A stretch of DNA of 64,000 nt from positions 75,806 through 139,805 of the forward strand of contig JBGSRK010000011.1 in assembly GCA_041737595.1 (NCBI GenBank), read 5' to 3'. Made by a program: the position numbers and the translations under genes. Positions 32,559 to 41,974 of this stretch are shown piece after piece. The stretch is from Patescibacteria group bacterium (GTDB lineage Bacteria > Patescibacteriota > CPR2 > UBA1875). Within the stretch, counting starts at the first letter, position 1; each line of letters begins with the position of its first letter. Below the pieces are notes generated by a model. That model was not told where the DNA came from and made no database searches. It worked only from the letters and a program-made list of their open reading frames with translations.

Positions 32559-33617
32559 ATGACAGTAATGAAAACACCAAGCTTATTTAATAAGATTGAG
32601 GAAAAATCAGGGGATTTTACATTTATTGACCTTTTCGCAGGCATCGGAGGGATTCGGCTTGGCTTTGAACAAAACGGTGGTGAATGTGTTTACTCATCAG
32701 AATGGGATAAATTTGCGCAACTAACATATCAGGCTAATTTTCAAGAATTGCCAAGTGGTGACATTACAAAAATAGACCCGAAAGTAATTCCTCCTTTTGA
32801 TGTGCTAATGGCTGGTTTTCCTTGCCAACCATTCTCTATGGCCGGTAAGAAACGAGGGTTTGAAGATACTCGAGGAACAATGTTCTTTTATATCGCTAAG
32901 ATTATTGAGAAACACAAGCCTAAAGCTATTTTACTTGAGAATGTAAAAAACTTCAGGTCTCACGATAAAGGAAATACATTAAAGACCGTGGTGAGTGTTC
33001 TTGAAGACCTAGGATATTCAATCCAGTACAAGGTTCTAAATGCCAAGGATTTTGGGGTACCTCAGAACAGAGAAAGAATCTATATAGTAGGGTTTAGGGG
33101 CAAGACAAATTTCGAGTTTCCTGAGTCAGTGGGAACAGTGACAAGACTTGGAGATATTCTTGAAAATAATGTTGACTCTAAGTACACCATATCTGATAAA
33201 CTCTGGGCGGGACATCAGAGAAGAAAGGAAATGCATAAAATCAAAGGTAACGGTTTTGGGTACTCCCTTTTTAATGAGGACAGTGTTTATACAAGTACTA
33301 TTTCTGCTAGGTATTATAAGGATGGTTCAGAAATTCTGATTGAACAAAAGGGTAAGAATCCAAGAAAGCTCACCCCAAGAGAGGCTGGGAGGCTACAGGG
33401 GTTCCCAGATAGCTACCTGATACCAGTAAGCGATAATCAGGCTTATAAACAATTCGGTAATAGTGTGGCTGTCCCAGTTATTAATGCAGTTGCTTGTAAT
33501 ATGGTAAAGGGAATGAATGATTTGGCTGAGTCAAAGAATAAAGCCCGTATAAGCGCGGTTGATATAGATGCTATTATGGTTAACAAGGCGGAAGGTGATG
33601 TTTGCTATGAAAATTAA
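32559..33617 (+). CDS. DNA (cytosine-5) methyltransferase
   Basis: FAGIGG, GFPCQ, LLENV, PQNRER, SARYYKDGSEILI, FGNSV. Confidence 0.95.
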   Translation: MTVMKTPSLFNKIEEKSGDFTFIDLFAGIGGIRLGFEQNGGECVYSSEWDKFAQLTYQANFQELPSGDITKIDPKVIPPFDVLMAGFPCQPFSMAGKKRGFEDTRGTMFFYIAKIIEKHKPKAILLENVKNFRSHDKGNTLKTVVSVLEDLGYSIQYKVLNAKDFGVPQNRERIYIVGFRGKTNFEFPESVGTVTRLGDILENNVDSKYTISDKLWAGHQRRKEMHKIKGNGFGYSLFNEDSVYTSTISARYYKDGSEILIEQKGKNPRKLTPREAGRLQGFPDSYLIPVSDNQAYKQFGNSVAVPVINAVACNMVKGMNDLAESKNKARISAVDIDAIMVNKAEGDVCYEN

Positions 33618-34632
33618 TGATTTAGAAATTACACAAACAAAGTTAGACGTAAATTATAAACTATACCTATTTTTAAAAGAGCTAAATGGCGGTAATGGCC
33701 TCACGGAAGCAATGCTTTCATTTTTTTTAGAACTCATCAGTTCTTTTAAGGACGCGGACTATGAAAATGCTAGAAGATTATTTATTGATAAGATTAATAA
33801 TTGGCCTAAGCTGAGCGATAGTAAGAAAGAAAATATACTATCCCTATTTTATGAGATTGATGAAGAAAACGACTTTGTGCTTTTAAAGTTTGCCTTGAAA
33901 ATTCTTGCCGTGAAACCATTGTTACTTGAAGAGGCAAAATTGGCTCAAACATCAAAACTAGTAAACACCGACGGGCTACACCTTCTTTCTCTAGAATTTG
34001 ATAGAATAAGTAAAAGCAAACCATATTATACGCGAGTAAATGGAGCATTGGTTTCATTAGTATTTTTTGAGAAGATTGAAAGTGGCAAAGATGGCTTTCT
34101 TTTGGGAGTTAATGCTGATTTTACAAAATCGCTGATTGAAGAAGCAAAAACAATTTGTAGTATGGGAGTTGAGCCTAATCAGATATTTATGATTATGTTT
34201 ATGGAATGTATCAACCAATCCATAGTATCTGATGCAGGTGGTAGTTATGAGGATAGGATTGAAGATGTTCTCGTTTCAATGGGAATACCAAGAGAAAGTA
34301 TAAAGAAGATTCACGATAAAGATGATAATGCGACAGAATTTGACTTTTTCTTTGAGTTAAATGGTAAAACTATTGGAATTGGAGCTAAAAGAACTTTAAG
34401 AGAACGATATAAGCAATTTATTAAAACAGCTCAAATGTCACAGATAGACATTATGATTGAGGTAACCCTAGGACTTGACCTGACACAAAATAAGGTTGAG
34501 GCAATCGCAAATCACGGCGTCTACCTATTTGTAGCAGATGAGATTTATAATTCACTTGAATACTTACACAAATTTGATAAGGTTTATCCCGTATCAAAGT
34601 TTACTATGGATGTTTTTAAGTCACTCAAATAA
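33607..34632 (+). CDS. putative type II restriction endonuclease (EcoRII-C/Ecl18kI-like)
   Basis: AGGSYE...EFDFF...GAKRTLRERYKQ; overlaps the MTase stop. Confidence 0.75.
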   Translation: MKINDLEITQTKLDVNYKLYLFLKELNGGNGLTEAMLSFFLELISSFKDADYENARRLFIDKINNWPKLSDSKKENILSLFYEIDEENDFVLLKFALKILAVKPLLLEEAKLAQTSKLVNTDGLHLLSLEFDRISKSKPYYTRVNGALVSLVFFEKIESGKDGFLLGVNADFTKSLIEEAKTICSMGVEPNQIFMIMFMECINQSIVSDAGGSYEDRIEDVLVSMGIPRESIKKIHDKDDNATEFDFFFELNGKTIGIGAKRTLRERYKQFIKTAQMSQIDIMIEVTLGLDLTQNKVEAIANHGVYLFVADEIYNSLEYLHKFDKVYPVSKFTMDVFKSLK

Positions 34633-34687
34633 TTACTTAGACAAAGGATGAACAGCACGGTTAAAAACTGAGGTATGGGGCAAAATT

Positions 34688-35152
34688 ATGAACGATTCGA
34701 TGTATTATGAGATAGCTAGGTATATAAAAACGAAAGGCTGGAAAGATTCTCCAGAATCAAATACTTTTTGCGAAGGTAAAAAGATTATTAACAACACCTG
34801 TATTTGTGTCAGTGGATGTGTCGGGAATTGTTCAACTGGTGAGCAACTCAGTGCTAAAGAAACCTTTTTGAATGTAATAGTTAACCACGATATTGAAAGT
34901 AGAGAAATCCATTCAATTACCTTTGGTGTTTTGGCTGGAAAGGATTTCGAGAATAGGAGGGATTGTTTTCGTGTTGATTTTGATAAAAAGGGCTGGCATA
35001 TTGATGCAGAAGGCTATAAGCCACATATGAAGATAAACGCTGATTTAGAAGCTGAGGACCCTAATGAATATACAAAAATAATCGACCTTATAGTGGCATA
35101 TGGCCAAGGATTACCCAGAATGAATGACACTGGTTTGCAACTCGTTTATTAG
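34688..35152 (+). CDS. hypothetical protein
   Basis: 154-aa ORF in the cargo operon. Confidence 0.55.
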   Translation: MNDSMYYEIARYIKTKGWKDSPESNTFCEGKKIINNTCICVSGCVGNCSTGEQLSAKETFLNVIVNHDIESREIHSITFGVLAGKDFENRRDCFRVDFDKKGWHIDAEGYKPHMKINADLEAEDPNEYTKIIDLIVAYGQGLPRMNDTGLQLVY

Positions 35153-35234
35153 CGTTAATTATAAGAGAGCTGACAATTTGGACCGCTTGAAGTAGGATTT
35201 AGCAAATAGCTTAAGGTTTTTCCCTAGGTAGAGT

Positions 35235-36347
35235 ATGATTATGCAAATAGTATATTTCCCATATCTTAATATGCAACAAAAGGACGAATATCTTTTTAAT
35301 GATGGCTATATTAAAATATGGAATTTCAAGCTAAAGGGAAAAGATTATATTAAAGATGTAGAGCTGTACAAAAAAATTAAGGCGTTAGTTTGCTCCAATA
35401 TACACGGAGGAAGAGCAATTGAAGATGTTGGTATCCTAGCTATCGGCAACTGTGATTTTCGTGAGTTTAGCAAAGGCGAAATGGATACCGCCGAAGAACT
35501 GAAGTTTCTTCTTTTTATCTCACACGTATCAAACAACGCAAAACTTGGGCAGGATGTGAATGCTGGTCATTATGCATATACATCAGAAAACTTTGATTTA
35601 GTAATTCAAAACTTCAGGATGGATAACGAATACTTTGGCATTCAGGATGGCTTTATAGTAAGAATGTCAATCGGTGGCTATCAGATTGGAAAGAAAACAT
35701 TCCAAACCCCTGCTTATCTCTTGAAACCAATGGGAATTTCTATGGATGAGAACCTATTAAACTCATTGTTTGAATTGAAGAAAAAGAAACCAACGTTATA
35801 TAACAGAGTTATGGAAGCTATTAAAATATTCTTTCTTAGCTACTATAATTCTCCTGCTTTAAGTCAGAACGCAAGAATACTTTTACAGGTGTCAGCATTT
35901 GAAGTTTTACTTAAAATTCCAAACAGTGAGCAAAGGAGGCATTTCAGAGAAACAATAGAAAGACTGTGCTCTTCATCTAATGAAAAACAAGTATCTTACT
36001 GGTCGGAGGCTTATGGTAGAAAAAAAATAAGAAGAATGGGAACATTGAAGGCCCGCTGGGCTGACGGTTTTTACCTTCTAAGAAATCACATTATTCACGG
36101 AAATAAGATTAAGTCTAAAGAATATCTTTTCTGTAATAAACAAAATTATTTTGATACTTGTCTTCTGTTTTTTATATTATCTATAAAGAGACTTATAGAG
36201 AACGCATTAAAGAAACCCGTCTTTTATGATGCGATAAAATGGTCGAAGCGAAAGGATGATTTCGGCAACATTATTGAGGGCTTTATTTATGAAAATGGTA
36301 CTCTACAGCTTATTGTTGAAAAGGAGCTCTCTAAGTGGGGAATGTAA
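35235..36347 (+). CDS. HEPN domain protein (ApeA-like)
   Basis: SAFEVLL and YLLRNHIIHG (R-x4-H). Confidence 0.75.
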   Translation: MIMQIVYFPYLNMQQKDEYLFNDGYIKIWNFKLKGKDYIKDVELYKKIKALVCSNIHGGRAIEDVGILAIGNCDFREFSKGEMDTAEELKFLLFISHVSNNAKLGQDVNAGHYAYTSENFDLVIQNFRMDNEYFGIQDGFIVRMSIGGYQIGKKTFQTPAYLLKPMGISMDENLLNSLFELKKKKPTLYNRVMEAIKIFFLSYYNSPALSQNARILLQVSAFEVLLKIPNSEQRRHFRETIERLCSSSNEKQVSYWSEAYGRKKIRRMGTLKARWADGFYLLRNHIIHGNKIKSKEYLFCNKQNYFDTCLLFFILSIKRLIENALKKPVFYDAIKWSKRKDDFGNIIEGFIYENGTLQLIVEKELSKWGM

Positions 36348-36379
36348 TTACAACAAACTAACAGAGGAGAACTTGTTAT

Positions 36380-37237
36380 ATGAGAGCTAAAGCTCAGCAT
36401 TATGTGCCAAGATTTTATTTAAAAAACTTTTCTAAAAAAAAGGGCTCAAAGTACATTACTCAGTGCTATAGCAAACAAGATGGCAAGGTCTTTTCTGTAA
36501 ATATTACAAAAATCTGTCAAGAAAATGGGTTCTACGACGTGAAGACGGATGATTATCTGTTTTCAATTGAAGAAAACTTAGCTGAATTTGAGTCAAAGGT
36601 GGCTCCTGTCTATAAAAAACTCGTAGACAGCAAAAAGTTGTCTGTGTTAGACAACGAAGGAAAGATTGCAATTGCTACCTTTGTAATTTTACAAATGCTT
36701 CGGACTCCTGAACAAAGAATATCATTTCGGCATATGGAGCAACAACTTGCTGATAGGTTCCCTGGTTTTGAAAAGAACTTTGTGGGTGAGAGAAACAAAG
36801 AAAATTCAATTTCTCATATTACTTTTTTAAACGAAAATGTTAATGAGTTCGTGTTTATACTAATGCAACTGAAATGGGTGCTAATTTTGGCACCAGACCA
36901 TTCTTTTTGGACTTCAGACAACCCCGTTTATAAACATAACGAACTTAAGTCAAAGTTCCGTGGCACTCTAGGTCTAGCGTGTAAGAGTATTCAGGTTATT
37001 CTTCCTCTGTCACACAATTTGCTGTTAATGATATTTGATGGCGATACCTACACGAATATTAAAACTGATGAGGTTACTGCAAATTCAGAAAATATAAAAC
37101 ACTATAACTTTGGACAAATAGTTTGTTCGATTAGGCATATTTTCGGTGAAAAACCGAACTTTACTCTTGCAGAAAAAATCCTTAGAGAATCTCCTGAATA
37201 TATGAATCCCGATAGGATAAGAACAAAAATGTCTTAG
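36380..37237 (+). CDS. DUF4238 domain protein
   Basis: QHYVPRFYLKNF, FWTSDNPV, LPLS. Confidence 0.85.
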   Translation: MRAKAQHYVPRFYLKNFSKKKGSKYITQCYSKQDGKVFSVNITKICQENGFYDVKTDDYLFSIEENLAEFESKVAPVYKKLVDSKKLSVLDNEGKIAIATFVILQMLRTPEQRISFRHMEQQLADRFPGFEKNFVGERNKENSISHITFLNENVNEFVFILMQLKWVLILAPDHSFWTSDNPVYKHNELKSKFRGTLGLACKSIQVILPLSHNLLLMIFDGDTYTNIKTDEVTANSENIKHYNFGQIVCSIRHIFGEKPNFTLAEKILRESPEYMNPDRIRTKMS

Positions 37238-37458
37238 CTTTTAAATTCAAAATTAAGAGAGAATGTGTTAATATTTATATAGAAAATTGAATATTCGCCT
37301 AACCCTTGTGACTCGTCATAAGGTATGGCATAAAAATCCGTTCAAAGTATAAAGCTCTTCGTCAGAGCACTTTGAACGGTCGTGTCCCGAAAGGGATGTG
37401 GGTGACTTCGGTCATCGCTGGCGGGGAGCTTTTTGATACTCCGTACAAAGGAGAACTT

Positions 37459-37926
37459 GTGAAATCATTTTGTGTAAAATGCGATAAGCAACAGGAAATG
37501 CTGAACGTAAAAGACAAATACTACCCGAAAGTTGGAAAGCCTGGTTTTGAGGGTATATGTTTGATTTGTGGTAGGAAATTGTATAGAGTAGGTTCTGAAA
37601 AGGAAATAAAGAAAGACGATATTGAGAGTCAATATAGCAAGATAGAGGAAATAAAGAATACTTGTATGGCTTGTAAAAATGTATGGTTTTATGGAGTAAA
37701 TGAAAAGCCTAAGGAGTTAAGTATTTCAGACAAGCTTCATAATTTATCGGTGTCGTATGAGAATACAGCAAAAACTGGCTTAGCAATTACTGGATTTTTA
37801 CCAGCTTTTTTACTCCCTGACAAAGAAAAAAGGAAAGCGCCAGAAAACCCAGATAGAAGTAGGTGCCCTAAATGTGGCTCAAAAGCAATAAAGACTAAAA
37901 AGGTTGTCCATAAGTTTAAGAAATAG
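37459..37926 (+). CDS. multi zinc-ribbon protein
   Basis: Four CxxC pairs; aaggag RBS before GTG 37459. Confidence 0.6.
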   Translation: MKSFCVKCDKQQEMLNVKDKYYPKVGKPGFEGICLICGRKLYRVGSEKEIKKDDIESQYSKIEEIKNTCMACKNVWFYGVNEKPKELSISDKLHNLSVSYENTAKTGLAITGFLPAFLLPDKEKRKAPENPDRSRCPKCGSKAIKTKKVVHKFKK

Positions 37927-37990
37927 TCAATTCTAAGCTTTGCCAAGCCCAGAGTTCCGTGATAATTCCGTTCCAACTATTTTTCACGTA

Positions 37991-38000
37991 GTCCACCATA
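37991..38000 (+). repeat. att core copy 3 (right island boundary)
   Basis: GTCCACCATA. Confidence 0.85.
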
Positions 38001-38112
38001 AATTTAATGGCTAAATAGAGCCATTATTTTTATTATGATATAATACATTTATCAGTATAAAATATGGTTTATTGATAGTAAAAAATATTTATAAACGTAA
38101 AAAAAAGGGTCC

Positions 38113-38358
38113 ATGAAAAAAGGGTTAAAAAAGAAAATATATTTAATACTTTGGGTTGTCACAGGAATTTTATCAGGAGTTTTAGTTGCTGGGATTATCG
38201 AACTTAACTATATAAACCAAAGCGACACAACTAATTATATGTTTTTTGTTGTTTATAGTTTAATGATTCTTATCGGGGTTATGTTAGGACTTTGGGTTGG
38301 ACCCAAGGCGTGGCAAAAAATATATATTGAGGGTAAAAGAGGAAAGAAATATATATAA
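38113..38358 (+). CDS. small two-TM membrane protein
   Basis: Two hydrophobic helices. Confidence 0.65.
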   Translation: MKKGLKKKIYLILWVVTGILSGVLVAGIIELNYINQSDTTNYMFFVVYSLMILIGVMLGLWVGPKAWQKIYIEGKRGKKYI

Positions 38359-38423
38359 ATTTTCTAAAGGTTTATATAACTATAATAAAAGAGACCCATT
38401 TTAGTCCCTTTTATTAATTGTGG

Positions 38424-38624
38424 TTATTTTTTTGTACTGAAATCGCCGAACAGTTTATAAAGTAGACAAAATCCAGATAGACCAGTGAATAATGCAATTA
38501 CTCCTAAAACATCTAGAATTATCCCTAGAGTGCTATTCCCTAAATAAAACCATCCAAGCCAAATTAAAACTATTCCTAAAACAACTCGTATTCCTCTATC
38601 AACAGTGCTTTCATTTTGTTTCAT
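38424..38624 (-). CDS. DUF2892 (YgaP-like) membrane protein
   Basis: NESTVDRGIR...GFCLLYKLFG. Confidence 0.85.
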   Translation of the reverse strand: MKQNESTVDRGIRVVLGIVLIWLGWFYLGNSTLGIILDVLGVIALFTGLSGFCLLYKLFGDFSTKK

Positions 38625-38812
38625 AAATTCCTCCTTATAATCATTATACTCCTTTTTTAACTCTATTACGCAGTTAATAAATTTGTTAAGATATAAGCAT
38701 GATAAAAGGATCGCAAATGACTATACTTGGGGGTAGGAAATCTCAGGAATTCAAAACAAAAGTTTTTAATAATATAAAAAATAAAGATAATTTATTGCAG
38801 AGAATGTAAAAT

Positions 38813-40213
38813 ATGACTTTTAATAAAATAAATGAAGAGTGTGGTGTTTTTGGAATTTTTGACCCTGGAGAAGATGTTGCGAGAGTAGCATTTTTCGCGC
38901 TTTATTCACTCCAACATAGAGGCCAAGAAAGTGCAGGGATTGCAACTTTTTGTGGTAAAAAAATAAAAATGATAAAAAGGCTTGGGCTTGTCTCACAAAT
39001 TTTTGATGAAGAAAAACTAAGTTTGCTTGATGGGGATATTGCAATTGCACATAATAGATATTCGACAACAGGTTCAGATGATGTTAAAAATGCTTCTCCA
39101 TTTATTTTTGAATCAGATTTAGGTGAATTCGCAATTGCACATAATGGGAATTTGACAAATACAATTGAGCTAAAGGCGCTTCTTCCTAAAAATATCCACC
39201 TTACTTCAACAACAGATAGTGAAATCCTAGGATACTTAATTGCGAATACAAGTGGTACTACTTTTGAAGAACGAATTAAAAAAGTAATGGTAGACATAAA
39301 AGGGGCATATTCTGTTACATTACTTGCGAAAGATGTTCTTTATGCTTTTAGAGACCCTTTAGGGTTCCGTCCGCTTAGCCTTGCAAAAATAAATTCTGGT
39401 TATGCAGTTGCTTCAGAAACTTGTACTTTTGGAACAATTGGGGCAAAAAGAATCCGTGATATTGGTCCTGGAGAAATTGTCAAAATTAATAGAGATGGTA
39501 TTAAATCTTTTAAATGTCCTTCAAAAAAGAAGGCTTTTTGTATTTTTGAATTTGTATATTTTTCTCGTCCTGATTCGATTTTAAATGGTCAATCTGTTTA
39601 TTCGGTACGGGAAAATCTTGGTAATTTACTTGCTAAATATCATCCAGTAAAAGCAGATATGGTCATTGGAGTCCCAGATTCTGGAATCCCTGCAGCTATT
39701 GGTTATTCGATAGAAAGTGGGATTCCATATAGAGAGGGACTGATAAAAAATCGATATATTGGGAGGACATTCATTAACCCCGACCAAATTGAAAGATTAA
39801 AAACAATAGGGCTAAAGTTGAATGCCCTAAGAAGTGTAATAACTGGTAAAGATATAGTTTTAGTGGATGATTCTATTGTGCGCGGGAATACAATGAAAAA
39901 AATTGTTAAACTTCTTAAAGATAAGGGGGCAAAAAAAGTCCATGTTCGAATTACTTGCCCACCAATCATGCATCCTTGTTTTTTTGGTGTCGACTTTCCG
40001 AGTTATGATGAACTGACTGCAGATTTAAACTCTATTGAAGAAATAAGGAAAATAATTAACGCTGATACATTGGAATTTGTTTCTCTTGATAATTTAGTTA
40101 AGGCAACTAATTTATCTAAAAATGGATTTTGTCTGGCTTGTTTTGACGGTAATTATCCTTGTGAATTAAAAAAGAATGAAAATTTAAAGCTGAAATTAGA
40201 AGAAACAAACTAA
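38813..40213 (+). CDS. purF: amidophosphoribosyltransferase
   Basis: EECGVFG, LQHRGQE, VDDSIVRGNT, CLACF. Confidence 0.97.
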   Translation: MTFNKINEECGVFGIFDPGEDVARVAFFALYSLQHRGQESAGIATFCGKKIKMIKRLGLVSQIFDEEKLSLLDGDIAIAHNRYSTTGSDDVKNASPFIFESDLGEFAIAHNGNLTNTIELKALLPKNIHLTSTTDSEILGYLIANTSGTTFEERIKKVMVDIKGAYSVTLLAKDVLYAFRDPLGFRPLSLAKINSGYAVASETCTFGTIGAKRIRDIGPGEIVKINRDGIKSFKCPSKKKAFCIFEFVYFSRPDSILNGQSVYSVRENLGNLLAKYHPVKADMVIGVPDSGIPAAIGYSIESGIPYREGLIKNRYIGRTFINPDQIERLKTIGLKLNALRSVITGKDIVLVDDSIVRGNTMKKIVKLLKDKGAKKVHVRITCPPIMHPCFFGVDFPSYDELTADLNSIEEIRKIINADTLEFVSLDNLVKATNLSKNGFCLACFDGNYPCELKKNENLKLKLEETN

Positions 40214-40259
40214 TTTTTTGTATGAGACCGATGAACTATTCTTTAGTATAATAACTATT

Positions 40260-41075
40260 ATGAGATCAAAAAAAATAGGTATATTTGATTCAGGGTTTGG
40301 TGGTTTAACTATTCTTTCGGGAATAAAAAAAATACTACCAGATTATGATTATATATATCTTGGCGATACTGCAAGAGCTCCTTATGGTTCACGTCCTCAA
40401 AATGAAATATATAAATTTTCTTCACAAGCTGTAGATTACTTATTTAAAGAAGGCTGTGAAATTATTATTTTTGCCTGTAATACAGCATCGGCTGAAGCAC
40501 TTAGAAAAATTCAACAAGAATATCTACCGAAAAAATATCCAGAAAAAAAAGTCTTAGGAGTAATAATCCCTGCCGCAGAATGGATTTTTGAGAACTATAA
40601 ACCAAAATCTATAGGTGTTATTGGAACTCAAGGTACGATTGAATCAAATTCTTTTTTTTCTGAAATTAAAAAAATAAATAATTCTGTGAATATAATTCAA
40701 AGCGCTTGCCCTCTTTTAGTTCCAATTATTGAAAATGGGGAATATAAATCTCCAAAAACTAATGTTTTATTAAAAAAATATTTAGTTGATATGATAGACA
40801 ATGTAGATATCTTAATTTTAGGTTGTACTCATTACGAAATTATTATTGATGAAATTTCTAAAATTATGGGTCCACAAGTTATTATTGCCAAACAGTCGGT
40901 TATAATAGGGGATAAATTAAAAAAATATTTTGATAAACATCCTGAAATAGAAAATTTAATAAATAAAAATAATAAAATAGATATTCTAACAACTGGTAAA
41001 ATAAGAGAATTTAAATTTTTTAGTGAAAATATTTTAGATTTTGAAACCAATCCTAAAAAAGTAAAAATAGGTTAA
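40260..41075 (+). CDS. murI: glutamate racemase
   Basis: FDSGFGG, ACNTAS, LGCTHY. Confidence 0.95.
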   Translation: MRSKKIGIFDSGFGGLTILSGIKKILPDYDYIYLGDTARAPYGSRPQNEIYKFSSQAVDYLFKEGCEIIIFACNTASAEALRKIQQEYLPKKYPEKKVLGVIIPAAEWIFENYKPKSIGVIGTQGTIESNSFFSEIKKINNSVNIIQSACPLLVPIIENGEYKSPKTNVLLKKYLVDMIDNVDILILGCTHYEIIIDEISKIMGPQVIIAKQSVIIGDKLKKYFDKHPEIENLINKNNKIDILTTGKIREFKFFSENILDFETNPKKVKIG

Positions 41076-41084
41076 AATATAATT

Positions 41085-41969
41085 ATGAGTAATATTTATA
41101 TCGGATATATATTAGCAATTATCACATCTTTAACATTTGCTGTTTATGTGATTCCCAGAAAAATTTCTAAAATTGATTCTGTAAGGTATCTTTTGTGGTT
41201 TAGTTTAGGTCTATTATTTACTGTATTAATTTTTTATATTACTCAAGCTATATTATTAAAAAATCCTGAAGTTATATCTTTGAAGAATTTTATATATTCT
41301 GCGCCAATGGGAGTGATGTGGGCCTTTGGTTCATATGCACTTATTAAAGGGATAGATTCAGTTGGGATATCAAAATCAAATCAATGGAAAAATCTACAGG
41401 GTCCAATTTCTCTTATATTGAGTTTATTTTTATTAAGAGAATTAGCAGAAATCAAAATTATTTTTGTTATTTTAGCCGGTCTTGCAATATTTGGTTCAGC
41501 TTTGGCTATAAATATTGTTACGGAAAAAAAATCAGTTAATAATTCTGGGATACTTTATAGTTTTTTAGCAGCAATATTTTTTGGATCGGCTGCAACATAC
41601 GGAAAATTTTTAGTTAATAGCAATTATTTTTTCACTCAACTTTTTAGCATAGGAATATTTTTTTTAGTAAGTGCTTTTATAATATATACTTTAAAAAAAC
41701 CAAAGATAAAAGGAACTCAAAAAGAAATATATCTACCTATTTTAGGTGGATTTTTGTTTGCCATATCTGCTCTAATGATGTTTCTGACTTATAAATATTT
41801 ACCAGCATCTATCGGGTATACTATTATTCAATTAAATGCTTTATGGGTGGTTCTTGCTGGTATAATAATTTTTAAAGAAATAGATTACAAAAAAAATATG
41901 CTTAGAATAAATATTGGTTTATTTTTGGCTATATTTTCTGTTGTTACTTTATTTTTTGCAAATAAATAA
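41085..41969 (+). CDS. DMT superfamily (GRP/GlcU-like) transporter
   Basis: About 10 TM helices in two repeats; YVIPRK and GIIIFKE motifs. Confidence 0.75.
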   Translation: MSNIYIGYILAIITSLTFAVYVIPRKISKIDSVRYLLWFSLGLLFTVLIFYITQAILLKNPEVISLKNFIYSAPMGVMWAFGSYALIKGIDSVGISKSNQWKNLQGPISLILSLFLLRELAEIKIIFVILAGLAIFGSALAINIVTEKKSVNNSGILYSFLAAIFFGSAATYGKFLVNSNYFFTQLFSIGIFFLVSAFIIYTLKKPKIKGTQKEIYLPILGGFLFAISALMMFLTYKYLPASIGYTIIQLNALWVVLAGIIIFKEIDYKKNMLRINIGLFLAIFSVVTLFFANK

Positions 41970-41974
41970 AAAAA

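Larger units (their letters stand above)
28241..38000. mobile_element. Element 2: integrative defence island
   Basis: att repeats, serine recombinase, RM and HEPN cargo; composition returns to host-like AT after 38000. Confidence 0.85.

Noticed and set aside
13257-38000. Prophage interpretation of the island
   Set aside because: No capsid, terminase, portal or tail genes; conjugation and defence genes instead.
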